Below are positions 1 to 9,510 of a stretch of DNA of 64,000 nt, piece after piece (the first letter of the stretch is position 1; the number at the start of each line of letters is the position of its first letter). The notes under the pieces are model-generated. The model ran no database searches, was not told where the DNA came from, and saw only the letters and a list, made by a program, of their open reading frames with translations. The position numbers and the translations under genes were made by a program. The stretch lies in the IMG/VR virus record IMGVR_UViG_2795385499_000003; one strand, written 5' to 3'. Origin of the DNA: an uncultured virus (IMG/VR IMGVR_UViG_2795385499_000003) (taxonomy: Duplodnaviria > Heunggongvirae > Uroviricota > Caudoviricetes).

Positions 1-789
1 ATGACTACAACAGTTTATGACAGGATGGCAAAAGCTGTCACAAGTGATTCAAGATGGTCGTGTATACTGGATCCCATCGGGTATGAAGGTCACATTCTTT
101 ATGTCGATGATGTGGGATTTGGTAAGTTAGCCCTTCGCGAAGATACCGTTATGGTTTTGGCTGGGCATGGCTATCTGATTGAGTTGTGGAAAAAGTGGCT
201 CCTTGTTTCTGAGCTTGATCCTGAAGCAGAGATGCCCCCTACTCATATCGAAGGACAGATGCCGTTCACCATCTACATCATTGAGATGTCAACCAACAAG
301 GTTCTCTTTGATGAAGGGCATAAGCACACTATCTTTGATCAGGAAGCTAATGAAGTTTTAGCAGCCTTTTCTGGGTCCGGTAGCTCTTATGCTGCAGATA
401 ATTGGATCGAATCCACATGCGCACGAACTGCGATAGACTATGCTAAACGCATAGACCATTATTCAGGCGGGACTGTCAGGTTTGTAGATTTTGCAAGCGG
501 TAAGAATGACATCGAAACGCGCCTCGAAACCATTCAGGAAGTTGTGAACATCATGTTAGAGAGGGGATTTATTATGGACACTAAAAAGCCAGGTGCTGCC
601 CCAGTATCAATAAGTGCTCAGGAAGTTGCTGAAGTACGCCAGTTGCTTGCTAATGGAGCACTGACCCCATCAGCACCTGTTGGTAAAGGTGCGAAACCTT
701 GGGATGAAACTTCTAAAGAAAAGCTTAAAAGAGCTATTCAGCATATTCGTGACGCGGAAGCGAAGCGAAAAGAAGAAGCGGAAGCCTAA
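1..789 (+). CDS. Proteasome-beta/HslV-like Ntn-hydrolase fold protein (prophage moron)
   Basis: Begins MTTT; ...SDSRWS, GFGK, VLAGHG, FSGSGSSYA, D-HYSGG resemble HslV/proteasome beta motifs; followed by own terminator. Confidence 0.55.
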   Translation: MTTTVYDRMAKAVTSDSRWSCILDPIGYEGHILYVDDVGFGKLALREDTVMVLAGHGYLIELWKKWLLVSELDPEAEMPPTHIEGQMPFTIYIIEMSTNKVLFDEGHKHTIFDQEANEVLAAFSGSGSSYAADNWIESTCARTAIDYAKRIDHYSGGTVRFVDFASGKNDIETRLETIQEVVNIMLERGFIMDTKKPGAAPVSISAQEVAEVRQLLANGALTPSAPVGKGAKPWDETSKEKLKRAIQHIRDAEAKRKEEAEA

Positions 790-793
790 GTAC

Positions 794-818
794 AAGCCCG
801 GCGATAGCCGGGTTTTTT
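794..818 (+). terminator. Rho-independent terminator
   Basis: AAGCCCGGC-GATA-GCCGGGTT plus T run. Confidence 0.85.
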
Positions 819-860
819 ATGTCCACCAATTCCAGTATGACCATTATCTGAAATCTCTTT

Positions 861-1181
861 TTAAACCGGCCCTTCGTCACGCCAAACGCTCATGATTTCA
901 TATGTCACCTTGCCAAGCACAATAACATCATCAAGAGCCTCACCTGCTATCTTCTGTCCATCATCAGTGATGACGCACCGATCGCCCGTTCTTGCCAGCA
1001 TAGATATCCCTTCATGCACCAGGGCCACCCTATCACCCTTTCTAACCGGCGCAGACTGGTCAACAACCAGCATGCCTTCATCCCGTTCGATGAACAGAGT
1101 TGAGGCTGGGTTATGCACGACAAGATCGCTAACAGTTAGCCGACGCTCAATATAATCTTGGGCTGGAGACTGAAACCCCAT
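861..1181 (-). CDS. UmuD/HumD-like (S24-related) phage SOS protein
   Basis: N-terminus MGFQSPAQDYIERRL resembles UmuD GFPSPAADY; C-terminal VLGKVTY; downstream of LexA box. Confidence 0.7.
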   Translation of the reverse strand: MGFQSPAQDYIERRLTVSDLVVHNPASTLFIERDEGMLVVDQSAPVRKGDRVALVHEGISMLARTGDRCVITDDGQKIAGEALDDVIVLGKVTYEIMSVWRDEGPV

Positions 1182-1183
1182 GG

Positions 1184-1423
1184 TCAGATTCCTCCATTCG
1201 GATTGAATACCTGGAATGTTCTCTCTTCACCCTCTTTTGTAGAGACGTCTCGAAAGGTTGACGTGTAAATCTCAACCCAGCGGTTCGCCTCCTTCAGCGT
1301 GAGGTGCCAGTTCAGGCGCTCCAGCTCTGTGACAAAATCAACGGTGGTTACTGTGTACCGACCTTGTTGGTCTCGCTTAATGGCATTTCTAAAAGCTGTT
1401 TCTTTTTCATACTCGCGCGGCAT
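1184..1423 (-). CDS. Small phage SOS-operon protein (79 aa, MPREYEK...)
   Basis: ATG at 1423 with GGAGGG SD; first gene after LexA-boxed promoter. Confidence 0.7.
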   Translation of the reverse strand: MPREYEKETAFRNAIKRDQQGRYTVTTVDFVTELERLNWHLTLKEANRWVEIYTSTFRDVSTKEGEERTFQVFNPNGGI

Positions 1424-1444
1424 GCCAGATTCCCTCCAAAAAAA

Positions 1445-1485
1445 CTGTATATGCATACAGTAATATCAGCAGGGGTTTTTATCAA
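1445..1485 (-). promoter_or_regulatory. LexA (SOS) box 1445-1460 overlapping a sigma70 promoter
   Basis: CTG-TATATGCATA-CAG; minus-strand TTGATA-17bp-TACTGT. Confidence 0.85.
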
Positions 1486-1608
1486 GTTAGGGTGGTTCGG
1501 TTTTGCGATAGGCTTTATGAAGCAGGTTTTTGGAAGGTGTTAGGGTGAGTGACTAAGCTTTATACACCCCACCCCGTAGTTCACTGAAGATGGGCGCGGT
1601 ACATCTCT

Positions 1609-1630
1609 GCCCCGTCGCCGGGGCTTTTTT
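1609..1630 (+). terminator. Terminator-like hairpin just upstream of glucosyltransferase gene
   Basis: GCCCCG-TCGC-CGGGGC-TTTTTT. Confidence 0.7.
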
Positions 1631-1661
1631 ATGTTAGGATTTAGCTCATCAAACATTAAGG

Positions 1662-3149
1662 ATGGTAAAAGGGATGTTTTTTAGAAAGTTTGACTCTAGT
1701 CGTTATTACACCCGATCGAATGCGTATGTTTTTTTATCTGCTCTATTTTCATATATCTTCGTTTATGGTTTTGAACTCACTCACTTTACACTTTCAATCG
1801 ATGAGGAAGATGTAAACAATTTTGACCAAACTATAAGGTTTGGTAGGTGGGGGCATGCATACCTAAAGGATATTGTATTTCCTGAACCATATGTACCTTT
1901 TTATTCCCTTGCCCTAGGCATTTTATTTTTATCTGCATCTTCTTTTTTAGCGTCAAAATTCTTAAAGCTTGAAAAAACTCTGGCCATATCATTTGTTATA
2001 ATGCTTTCCGGCTTCCCTCAGATGGCATACCAATTTGAATTTAGTAATCAAGCTGAAACCATTTCTCTTGCAATACTTTTTTCGGTTTCATCTTTGTTTA
2101 TGCTTAACTCTATAACAACATCTAAAGCTATTGCATTTATAGTACTAAACATAATATCTCTTTCTATTTACCAGTCCGTATTTCTTTACTCTGCATCTTT
2201 ACTTCTTATATCTCTCACTTTACGTGCAGTAAAGGGCGAAGTGAACTTCAGGGAAAGCATAACAATTATAATTATATATACTATGCTTGCAGTAATTAGT
2301 ATTCTGATAAACTCTTTTTTGGCAAAAGCGATAGCGAACCATTATGGTTTTCAGGTTTCAAACCTATCTCAAATGGTTGGGTGGGGTAGAAAAACGCCCC
2401 ATGAAGTTATAGTAAACATTCTGATATTCATAAAAAGCTTTTTTAATGGAACAGCTAAGCATGGTCTGAACTCATTTGCATTTACATTGGTGCCTGTTGT
2501 CTTACTCACTGCACATGCCGTTAAATGCAAAAAAAACGTTCTTTTGGTGGTAACTCTATCTTTGGTAAGCATACTGTCTGCCTTCCTTCTGAGCATAGCA
2601 TTAGGTTCAGTTATGGCACCACGAACCCTGATTCAAATGCCTGTTATTTTTGCAGGATTGTTTGCATGCATGGCTTATGTGATAAAAAGCCGACATGCTG
2701 AGATTGGTATTTCAATCATTTTTCTATGCGTAGGCGCTTGCGCATCAAGTAAGTTATTTTATAGTGATTACATGGCAAGAGAGTCAGACAAAATAGTGGC
2801 GACTCAAATTGTGCAGACCATTTATAATAAATATCCAGAATTTGATGTCATGAACACCCCTGTGTTTTTTTACGGCAGCTACACACCTCCTAATAACTTT
2901 AGAACATCAGATTTCGATATTTTTGGAGTTTCATTTTTTTCTTGGGATGGTGGTAACAATAAAAGGATGTATAGATATTTTTCAGCTGCAAATATTGCAA
3001 ACCTAAAAAAACCTGATTCAAATCAGGTTGAGATGGCTAGGAGGGACGGTTCAACATTACCATCGTGGCCAAATAGAGGTTCTGTATCAATGGTTAATGG
3101 CGTAGTAATTGTTAAGCTTTCTGATCGGCTAAGCCCCTATAACCGATGA
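1662..3149 (+). CDS. GtrII-like (Glucos_trans_II) polytopic membrane glucosyltransferase; surface-antigen modification
   Basis: 495 aa, many TM segments, SIDEE and GRWG N-terminal motifs, LSIYQS, C-terminal P.WP..GSV...NG.VIVKLS; AT-rich, opposite strand to tail genes. Confidence 0.75.
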   Translation: MVKGMFFRKFDSSRYYTRSNAYVFLSALFSYIFVYGFELTHFTLSIDEEDVNNFDQTIRFGRWGHAYLKDIVFPEPYVPFYSLALGILFLSASSFLASKFLKLEKTLAISFVIMLSGFPQMAYQFEFSNQAETISLAILFSVSSLFMLNSITTSKAIAFIVLNIISLSIYQSVFLYSASLLLISLTLRAVKGEVNFRESITIIIIYTMLAVISILINSFLAKAIANHYGFQVSNLSQMVGWGRKTPHEVIVNILIFIKSFFNGTAKHGLNSFAFTLVPVVLLTAHAVKCKKNVLLVVTLSLVSILSAFLLSIALGSVMAPRTLIQMPVIFAGLFACMAYVIKSRHAEIGISIIFLCVGACASSKLFYSDYMARESDKIVATQIVQTIYNKYPEFDVMNTPVFFYGSYTPPNNFRTSDFDIFGVSFFSWDGGNNKRMYRYFSAANIANLKKPDSNQVEMARRDGSTLPSWPNRGSVSMVNGVVIVKLSDRLSPYNR

Positions 3150-3178
3150 ATAAAAGCCCGCCGAAGCGGGCTTTTATT
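3149..3178. terminator. Bidirectional terminator between gtr-like gene and late operon
   Basis: AATAAAAGCCCGC-CGAA-GCGGGCTTTTATT. Confidence 0.9.
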
Positions 3179-3607
3179 TCATGTTGAAGGTTGTTCCGGC
3201 CAGGTTATGGCTGCATCCGTGTTCGCATCAATGCGGTTAACTGCAACACGATATTGTTTCCACGCTTTCAAAGATGCGGCTTCCGAATCGGTTGCTTCGT
3301 CCAAATCTACTGCATCCTGAAGTGGAGCAATCGCAATCGTAGCTTGCGCAATAAGGCTTGCTTTTGTGGCTATGTTATTAGCAATCTTCTGGGATTTTTG
3401 TTCTTCAATCTCCTCATCAGTTAAAGGCGGGGCTGCAAAAGCCGTTCCATCATAGCTCCAGCCAATCGAAGGTAGGTTTCCGTCTTCATCTGGAATCTCT
3501 GCGTAGGTAACGCCTTTGCCAAATTCAACCGGTTCGGCATCAGGCCCTGCCCATAGGATCGTATTTGTTACAATGCCCTTTTCGATTAATGCGTATGCTT
3601 TAGTCAT
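3179..3607 (-). CDS. tfa: Tail fibre assembly protein (Tfa/Caudo_TAP)
   Basis: [15 protein letters not shown]...[13 protein letters not shown]...ITWPEQP motif. Confidence 0.9.
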   Translation of the reverse strand: MTKAYALIEKGIVTNTILWAGPDAEPVEFGKGVTYAEIPDEDGNLPSIGWSYDGTAFAAPPLTDEEIEEQKSQKIANNIATKASLIAQATIAIAPLQDAVDLDEATDSEAASLKAWKQYRVAVNRIDANTDAAITWPEQPST

Positions 3608-4470
3608 TATGCCATCTCTCTGATAATACAAAGGCCCGGGCCTCCAGCTATGCCTGATTTGGCAGCTGTGTCTCCAGATGTGCTTCTTACGCCACTTCCT
3701 CCAGAACCATTCCCCACTGAGTCAGCTCCAGATGAGCCAACTGGCGAGGCGCCTCCTAGCCCAGGTGAACCACTGGTATTGTTAGATAAATACCCTGGAG
3801 AGCCTGCTTGGCCCCTTGATTTGGCTACAACAGTTACTGATGAAGAAATCGTAGCGTCGGCAGGAGAATTTGCACCCCCTGCATTGATTGCACTTGTAGC
3901 AGACGAATAACCGCTTCCAAGTCCACCGGGACATACAACCAACGACCCAAATGATGAGTTGCCACCTGCTCCTCCAATCCCGCCACCAGATGAGCCAGCA
4001 GCACCTGGCACGCCGATCGTTACAAGAACCCCGGAGGAAATCAAAGAGACCGGGATTCGGAATCTAACCCACGTCCCTGCCGAGGCGCCTCCTGCAATTG
4101 ATGCAGTGCCTCCAGAGTAAGCAGGAACCCCAGAACTACCTCCCCCAGGCGCATAAAGCTCGACTTCAACAAATTTTACTGCTGCTGAGCTCGGGGTGTA
4201 TGTTCCAGTTGAGGTCATGACGATCGGTGCGCCAATCTGGCGACCTGTAAATAAGGCCCTCATGGCAGTTAACAACTGCGTGTTCGTATCCTTTTTAAGT
4301 GTGATTCCAGCGGCTTCAATGACACCTGCGAGTTCTTCTTGAAGGGTATCGAAATAATCCGCATCAAGCGCTGTTGGAAGGACGCCGGTTTGCGGGTTAC
4401 CGCCCGTGAAGCCATTTTTACCCGAGCCGAATTTGTCCACCTGAGCAGTAGACGTGTCAATACGATGCAT
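3607..4470 (-). CDS. Short tail fibre protein, SfV-type N-terminus plus Gly-rich C-terminal domain
   Basis: [28 protein letters not shown]-terminus; position after ymfQ-like gene. Confidence 0.85.
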   Translation of the reverse strand: MHRIDTSTAQVDKFGSGKNGFTGGNPQTGVLPTALDADYFDTLQEELAGVIEAAGITLKKDTNTQLLTAMRALFTGRQIGAPIVMTSTGTYTPSSAAVKFVEVELYAPGGGSSGVPAYSGGTASIAGGASAGTWVRFRIPVSLISSGVLVTIGVPGAAGSSGGGIGGAGGNSSFGSLVVCPGGLGSGYSSATSAINAGGANSPADATISSSVTVVAKSRGQAGSPGYLSNNTSGSPGLGGASPVGSSGADSVGNGSGGSGVRSTSGDTAAKSGIAGGPGLCIIREMA

Positions 4471-4473
4471 GGA

Positions 4474-5055
4474 TTACTCCGTGTATAAAAAGATTACGTA
4501 AGTGTGAGACGGGGCAAGCTTGTTGAGCACGCACTCAACCACGGTTTCGCCCCATGTGCGGATGGAGTCCGTACAGTTACTGATGCAGGTCATCGGGCTG
4601 ATTTGCGCTGCTGCAGGGATGTTAACGCGCCAGTAATAACGCCACTCATCGCTATATAAGGATTCTGTGCAGTCAGATACACAGGTGAAACTACTTTTGG
4701 GGTAGCGCGTTATCGTAGCGTCTGTATAACCCAGCGCATCCAGTTGTGCCCGATAAAATGCTTCGTTTATGCCACCAGCCAGATTTATCTTTGCATCAAG
4801 CCGCTGGCGGCGCTGCGGCAGCGTCTGCGTTCCCGAGGGAGTGCAGCTGTCAGGCAAGCCTGTGATGCCCTCGTAGCGGTCTATGAGTTCAGTCACTGAG
4901 CGCGGGTCAGTTTCCAGCATCAGTGCATCAGCGCGTTGGTGTACGCGAGACATAACGGGAGCGAATCCCAGCAGCAGCTGGTCTTCTCCGTCCCACGCTG
5001 GCCCACGCGGCAGCAGCGCGCCCAGCATCTGCTCGTACTGCGCTGTCAGGTCCAT
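4474..5055 (-). CDS. ymfQ: Baseplate wedge protein (YmfQ/DUF2313, Mu gp48-like)
   Basis: [23 protein letters not shown] motifs; synteny. Confidence 0.88.
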   Translation of the reverse strand: MDLTAQYEQMLGALLPRGPAWDGEDQLLLGFAPVMSRVHQRADALMLETDPRSVTELIDRYEGITGLPDSCTPSGTQTLPQRRQRLDAKINLAGGINEAFYRAQLDALGYTDATITRYPKSSFTCVSDCTESLYSDEWRYYWRVNIPAAAQISPMTCISNCTDSIRTWGETVVECVLNKLAPSHTYVIFLYTE

Positions 5056-6113
5056 GTGAAGTCTCCCACTACGCCCACTTCACCTTTTGCGATTAACACC
5101 TCATCGGTTGGACTAACCAGAACGTGGCTGTATTCCCCGGTCGCCAGGCTGATGGCTTCACTTATTCGGGATGGCTCAAGCGCACCTTCAGGCACACCAT
5201 CGCGAAGATTCATCGCCCTTATCTCCGCTTCTACGGCCAGCCTGATTTCTTCGGTGTCGGGCGTCAGTCGGATGTGATAATCAACGACATGCGGCGTTGC
5301 GGCGAAGGCGTACACGTCCGATCCTGCTATCGGGGCAAGCGGTTCGATGTGCGCCTGAACTGCGGCCACAACAGACGTATCAGGTATCGGGTTATAGAGG
5401 TCGCTGTTTGCCAGCATGACGCCCACAGTGCCGCGACCTGACCAGTGCCGGTAGGTCCATGCGCGGGTTACGCCTGATACCTCTTTTGCCCATACCTCAT
5501 AATCGGCGTCTGCTCCACCCTGTGGTGTGTAATACCAGCGCTCAATGATTCTGGCGCGCCATACATCAAGGTCTTCGATATCAGTACCGCCCTGAATGGC
5601 GTCCGCTACTCCAGCCGAAGCCAGACCCGTTACCGGACTGGTGAGGCGCATTGTGATGCCGTCATCAGTATTTCCGGTGACGCCTGCCGTATCGCAGGTG
5701 ACTGGAACACGAAGTACGCCACCAGAAGGCGTAACGCTGGCAGTCGTGGTGAATGACACCAGATCATCACGCTGGATGGTTACGCCAGCATCAATGCCGG
5801 CACTGCCCGTTACGCCGTCCCAGCGAACATAGCCGCTCGCATATGTTGCTGCCTTGCGCGGAGCGCGCTTCATGTTCCCGTGCCGTATAAGCCAGTCTTC
5901 GTCCGCAAGGTCAGGAAGGAGATTCCGGGCAAGATAATCTATGTAGCCATATACGGTATGAACCGATGCGGCAATAACGCGGCTGTATACCTCGGCGTCT
6001 GTCCGGCGTAATTCGGCCAGGGTTGAATCAGCCGCAAGGCGGGTAAGAACATCGCTGCGTACTGCGGTGATCAGCTGCGGGAGTGTCGGGCGGGAAAATC
6101 CGCTGTCAGCCAT
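5046..6113 (-). CDS. Baseplate J-like protein (Mu gp47)
   Basis: [18 protein letters not shown] motif; ATG at 6113. Confidence 0.9.
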   Translation of the reverse strand: MADSGFSRPTLPQLITAVRSDVLTRLAADSTLAELRRTDAEVYSRVIAASVHTVYGYIDYLARNLLPDLADEDWLIRHGNMKRAPRKAATYASGYVRWDGVTGSAGIDAGVTIQRDDLVSFTTTASVTPSGGVLRVPVTCDTAGVTGNTDDGITMRLTSPVTGLASAGVADAIQGGTDIEDLDVWRARIIERWYYTPQGGADADYEVWAKEVSGVTRAWTYRHWSGRGTVGVMLANSDLYNPIPDTSVVAAVQAHIEPLAPIAGSDVYAFAATPHVVDYHIRLTPDTEEIRLAVEAEIRAMNLRDGVPEGALEPSRISEAISLATGEYSHVLVSPTDEVLIAKGEVGVVGDFTWT

Positions 6114-6519
6114 TGAGTTCACTCCATAAGTCATCAAAGGAAAGCGTCAGGGTTGTGCCGTCCTGTTTCTGGATAACCGCCGAAGCTGACATTGCGTTGA
6201 TGCCGAGCCTTTGCGCTGTCACATCCACCCGCGCGGCCACACCATCAGCCGTTAGCCACTGCAGCGCTTCTGTGATGTACTCGCGGGCCTTCAGCGGTGT
6301 CTGATTGGTCAGTTTTGAGCGCTTAAGTAAATAAAGGCGTGAACCGATTCGGTCATTCTGTACGGTTGGGTACGTGTCACCCCACCAGCCATTGACCTCT
6401 TCAGGCGCATCGTCTTGACCTGCTTTTCTCCAGGTGAAAAGTGAGATGACTACCGCGCGAGTAAGCGGGTCAGTCAACTGGTACACCGCCTGCTGCTTAC
6501 CATTTATCGTAAGGATCAT
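6106..6519 (-). CDS. Mu gp46-like baseplate protein
   Basis: RAVVISLFTWR, GWWGD, IGSRLYLL motifs. Confidence 0.9.
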   Translation of the reverse strand: MILTINGKQQAVYQLTDPLTRAVVISLFTWRKAGQDDAPEEVNGWWGDTYPTVQNDRIGSRLYLLKRSKLTNQTPLKAREYITEALQWLTADGVAARVDVTAQRLGINAMSASAVIQKQDGTTLTLSFDDLWSELNG

Positions 6520-7073
6520 GATCCGCCCATTTGTTGCAAGGTTGCATCCGTTGTGCCGCCACCATCACCGTTTTCTTTATGCTTATGACCGTTGTAAGTC
6601 ACGCGCATCTGGGCCATAGAAACGCCACCAGAATCACAGTTGTCGGTGATATTTCCGGTGGCCTCAATGTCCATTTCGAAACGGGCTTTAGGGGCATTTT
6701 TGAGGGTGATAAGTTTCCCGCCACCATCAACAACAATTCCTGACCGGGTGAGTGTTACTGACTTGGCTTCGTCGTCATAAATGGCAACCTCACCGTTCTT
6801 TAATCCTTTGAGGCGATAGCGACGGTCCGCCACCACCAGCACGACACCATGCGAGCGATCACCATCGAAGTAAGCCGCAACGGCCTCCGCGCCGCTCAGT
6901 GCAGCTGACGTAAACCCATAAGGCTCAAGATGTTCGATATCGCTTTTTCCTTCATTGCCCGGCATGCTGATTTCCAGCATCTGGCATTTACTGGCGGTGT
7001 CGATACCGCGTAATACCGCGCGGGCGATAACATTTGAAATAGCGCGATTAATCGCATTAAGTGGACCAGCCAT
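6516..7073 (-). CDS. Baseplate spike (Mu gp45/gpV-like)
   Basis: EPYGFTS, DRRYRL.GL..GEVAIYDD, C-terminal HxH motif. Confidence 0.9.
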   Translation of the reverse strand: MAGPLNAINRAISNVIARAVLRGIDTASKCQMLEISMPGNEGKSDIEHLEPYGFTSAALSGAEAVAAYFDGDRSHGVVLVVADRRYRLKGLKNGEVAIYDDEAKSVTLTRSGIVVDGGGKLITLKNAPKARFEMDIEATGNITDNCDSGGVSMAQMRVTYNGHKHKENGDGGGTTDATLQQMGGS

Positions 7074-8146
7074 CAGAAATCATCCTCCGCTGCGGCTTTT
7101 TTCTTACGCTTGCCGGGCTTGGCTGGCTCGGGCAGATAAGCATCTGCAGGGCCAACACGTAATTCACTGATGGTGCCGTTCTCATCCTGCTGATAAGTTA
7201 CCTCCGCGATCACCATTTCACGGTTATCAAAACCCAGTACGGGGTCGAATACGTTCACCAGCATGTTGGGCTGCCACAACTTACCGTCTCCCTGATGCCA
7301 CCCCTGAACGGTGTAAGTCACCTCGTCAGTTTTGGCCGCGCGCTGGCGCATCTCAAACTCGCTGCGCTCTGCGCAGGTTGCTGACGTGGCATTACCGGTC
7401 TGTCTGACCAGCAGCGGCCTGTAACGTGCAATGCCTGTATCTGTTGCCGTACCGCGAATGGCTGTTGTGGTTGCTTCGCCAAAATCATTGTTGTTTCCGG
7501 CGCGCATGCCTGATACCTGATAACTACTGAAGCGGTCTTTAATACTCTGCTCGCTGTCACAGGTCAGAATGTTTTCTCCCAGCACCAGCGCGGTTGTAGC
7601 TTTGACGGTACCTATCCCGCCAATAACTAAATCACCCGCTGCGTTGTCATAGGCCAGCGCCTGCTGCAGGCCAAGCATCTTATTCAGCACATCCATAACG
7701 GATTCACCCCGGTCTGCCTGCACGCCCTGCAGTACGCCGGACACGCCGCCCGCATCCACAACGTTTACGCTGAACGGTTTGGCGAGGTCTGCGGCAACCT
7801 GAACGATTGATCGTCCGTTGTACTGCGAGGGCGCAGCTGAGCAATCAACCAGGTCAGCCGTTTTACTGCGGCCAACAATACCCATTGAGATACTGTTAGC
7901 GTCATACCGAACAGGCGTTGCCTCCACCCATCCGGTGATAACAAGATCATCACCGATCAGCACTTCAACCTTATCTGCCTTCTTTATGCGGCTGCGCCGG
8001 CTTACCTGCGATTCATCACCCGGCCATAACCGGGTAATCTGGACGTTAAAATCCCTTGCGATACGCTCAATGCCGGCGGCAATACGGACAGAGGTCCATC
8101 CGCCCCACTCACGGCCATTAACGCGAAGAAGTACGGTTGTATTCAC
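7073..8146 (-). CDS. Baseplate hub / tail protein P (Mu gp44-like)
   Basis: VNGREWGGWTSVRI, GRSKTADLVDCS, LWQPN motifs. Confidence 0.9.
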   Translation of the reverse strand: MNTTVLLRVNGREWGGWTSVRIAAGIERIARDFNVQITRLWPGDESQVSRRSRIKKADKVEVLIGDDLVITGWVEATPVRYDANSISMGIVGRSKTADLVDCSAAPSQYNGRSIVQVAADLAKPFSVNVVDAGGVSGVLQGVQADRGESVMDVLNKMLGLQQALAYDNAAGDLVIGGIGTVKATTALVLGENILTCDSEQSIKDRFSSYQVSGMRAGNNNDFGEATTTAIRGTATDTGIARYRPLLVRQTGNATSATCAERSEFEMRQRAAKTDEVTYTVQGWHQGDGKLWQPNMLVNVFDPVLGFDNREMVIAEVTYQQDENGTISELRVGPADAYLPEPAKPGKRKKKAAAEDDF

Positions 8147-9474
8147 TGGACGGGCACTCTCAGGGTTTTAACCGGCACAAAGCCGGGGTGCCGAATGGCG
8201 TTGCGCGCGGTAATGTCATATTCACGCCCGGCATCGTCGTACCAGTCAGCAGCAAGCACGACTGCAGGTAAAACTTCGGGCGGTATGCGCTCAACCGTTC
8301 TGGAAGTTTGCTCAAGGCGCGCAGTGATATCTTCATTCAGCGCAGTGCGCACCTGACGGAGTGCGAGAAACAGTCCGTCATCGGTTACACGCACCATTTC
8401 CTGATCGATGGCCGTATTGAGCGTGTCGCGAACTTCAGTTAAATCATCCCAGGATGGGACCGTATCAGTTGCTGTAGAGGTGGTTACCCCCACGGCTGTA
8501 TCGTCTTCAAGCACATCATTAACGGCAGGATGTGAAACAATGACGGTTGCTGACGCTTGCTGGTCTGCTAACTTCGTTGTTGATGAGGTGGATTTGGGAA
8601 GGTTCGTTACCGTATTCACCGCCTCGCTGAGTGCTGACGTGCGAATGGCCTGCGCAACGTAATTGCGCTGCTCCGTTCTGGCCTGTGTACTGGTACTGTC
8701 TGTTTTCCACACCCCGCGCGGGGCAAGTCCCGTGTCGAGGCTAATACCACTGAGACCTTTAACCATTGTGATCAGGTCTGTGACATTACCAGTCAGTTTT
8801 GTGCCTGCCCGCCACATCGTCTGAAGCTGATTAACGAAATTCATGCCACTGGACGGTGGCATCAGCAATACAGACAAATCACCCTGCATCAGACGAGATG
8901 CTGCGCTAATACCAGAATCTACGTACTGCATGGCGTCAGTAACGGTATCGAACATCTCCGTTGCATCATCCAGTACGCCGTTTTGTGTGAAATCTGGCAG
9001 GCCGTCCAGCCCAAACGCTTCAAATGCTGATGACAGGAAATCATCCATCAGCGCTGCGGCGCCCGTCAGCTTCGCTCCGGTTGCAATGCCAGCTTTGGGG
9101 AATGACAACTCGCCCGACTCGATGAAGCTGAAGCTGACGCGGCACATGCGGCCTTCGTCTCTGGTATGGCTTACGCGGACTTCATCCGTAACGGTGACGG
9201 TCATTTCGCCGTAAAAAGGATGAACGAGTGTGCAGCTTCCGGGCTTCTCGACCGCTTCGATCAGCCTGTTGCGCTGCTCAAAATAGTCATCACCGACAAG
9301 ATACGCCTGAACACTAAAGCGTCGCGTTGCACGCCCTATATCTTCAGCCCATGGCTTATCGCGGTTGGGGTATTCATGGACCTGCACGCGTCTGCCGAAA
9401 GTAGCTTCATCCTCATCTACCTTAAACGGGACACCCCGCAACGAGGCATCCTGCAGATTATCAATCCAGCTCAT
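8143..9474 (-). CDS. DNA circularisation protein (Mu N-like)
   Basis: ASLRGVPF, GRRVQVHEYPNRDKPWAED, RHPGFVP motifs. Confidence 0.92.
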   Translation of the reverse strand: MSWIDNLQDASLRGVPFKVDEDEATFGRRVQVHEYPNRDKPWAEDIGRATRRFSVQAYLVGDDYFEQRNRLIEAVEKPGSCTLVHPFYGEMTVTVTDEVRVSHTRDEGRMCRVSFSFIESGELSFPKAGIATGAKLTGAAALMDDFLSSAFEAFGLDGLPDFTQNGVLDDATEMFDTVTDAMQYVDSGISAASRLMQGDLSVLLMPPSSGMNFVNQLQTMWRAGTKLTGNVTDLITMVKGLSGISLDTGLAPRGVWKTDSTSTQARTEQRNYVAQAIRTSALSEAVNTVTNLPKSTSSTTKLADQQASATVIVSHPAVNDVLEDDTAVGVTTSTATDTVPSWDDLTEVRDTLNTAIDQEMVRVTDDGLFLALRQVRTALNEDITARLEQTSRTVERIPPEVLPAVVLAADWYDDAGREYDITARNAIRHPGFVPVKTLRVPVQ

Positions 9475-9510
9475 GCGATCTCCGGGCTATAAAAAACCCG
9501 CCGGAGCGGG

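Noticed and set aside
1..1660. Prophage attL
   Set aside because: No copy of tRNA-Arg sequence found by eye; boundary presumably left of the window
3179..4470. Invertible tail-fibre cassette or DGR
   Set aside because: No invertase, inverted fibre copy, reverse transcriptase or TR/VR pair seen
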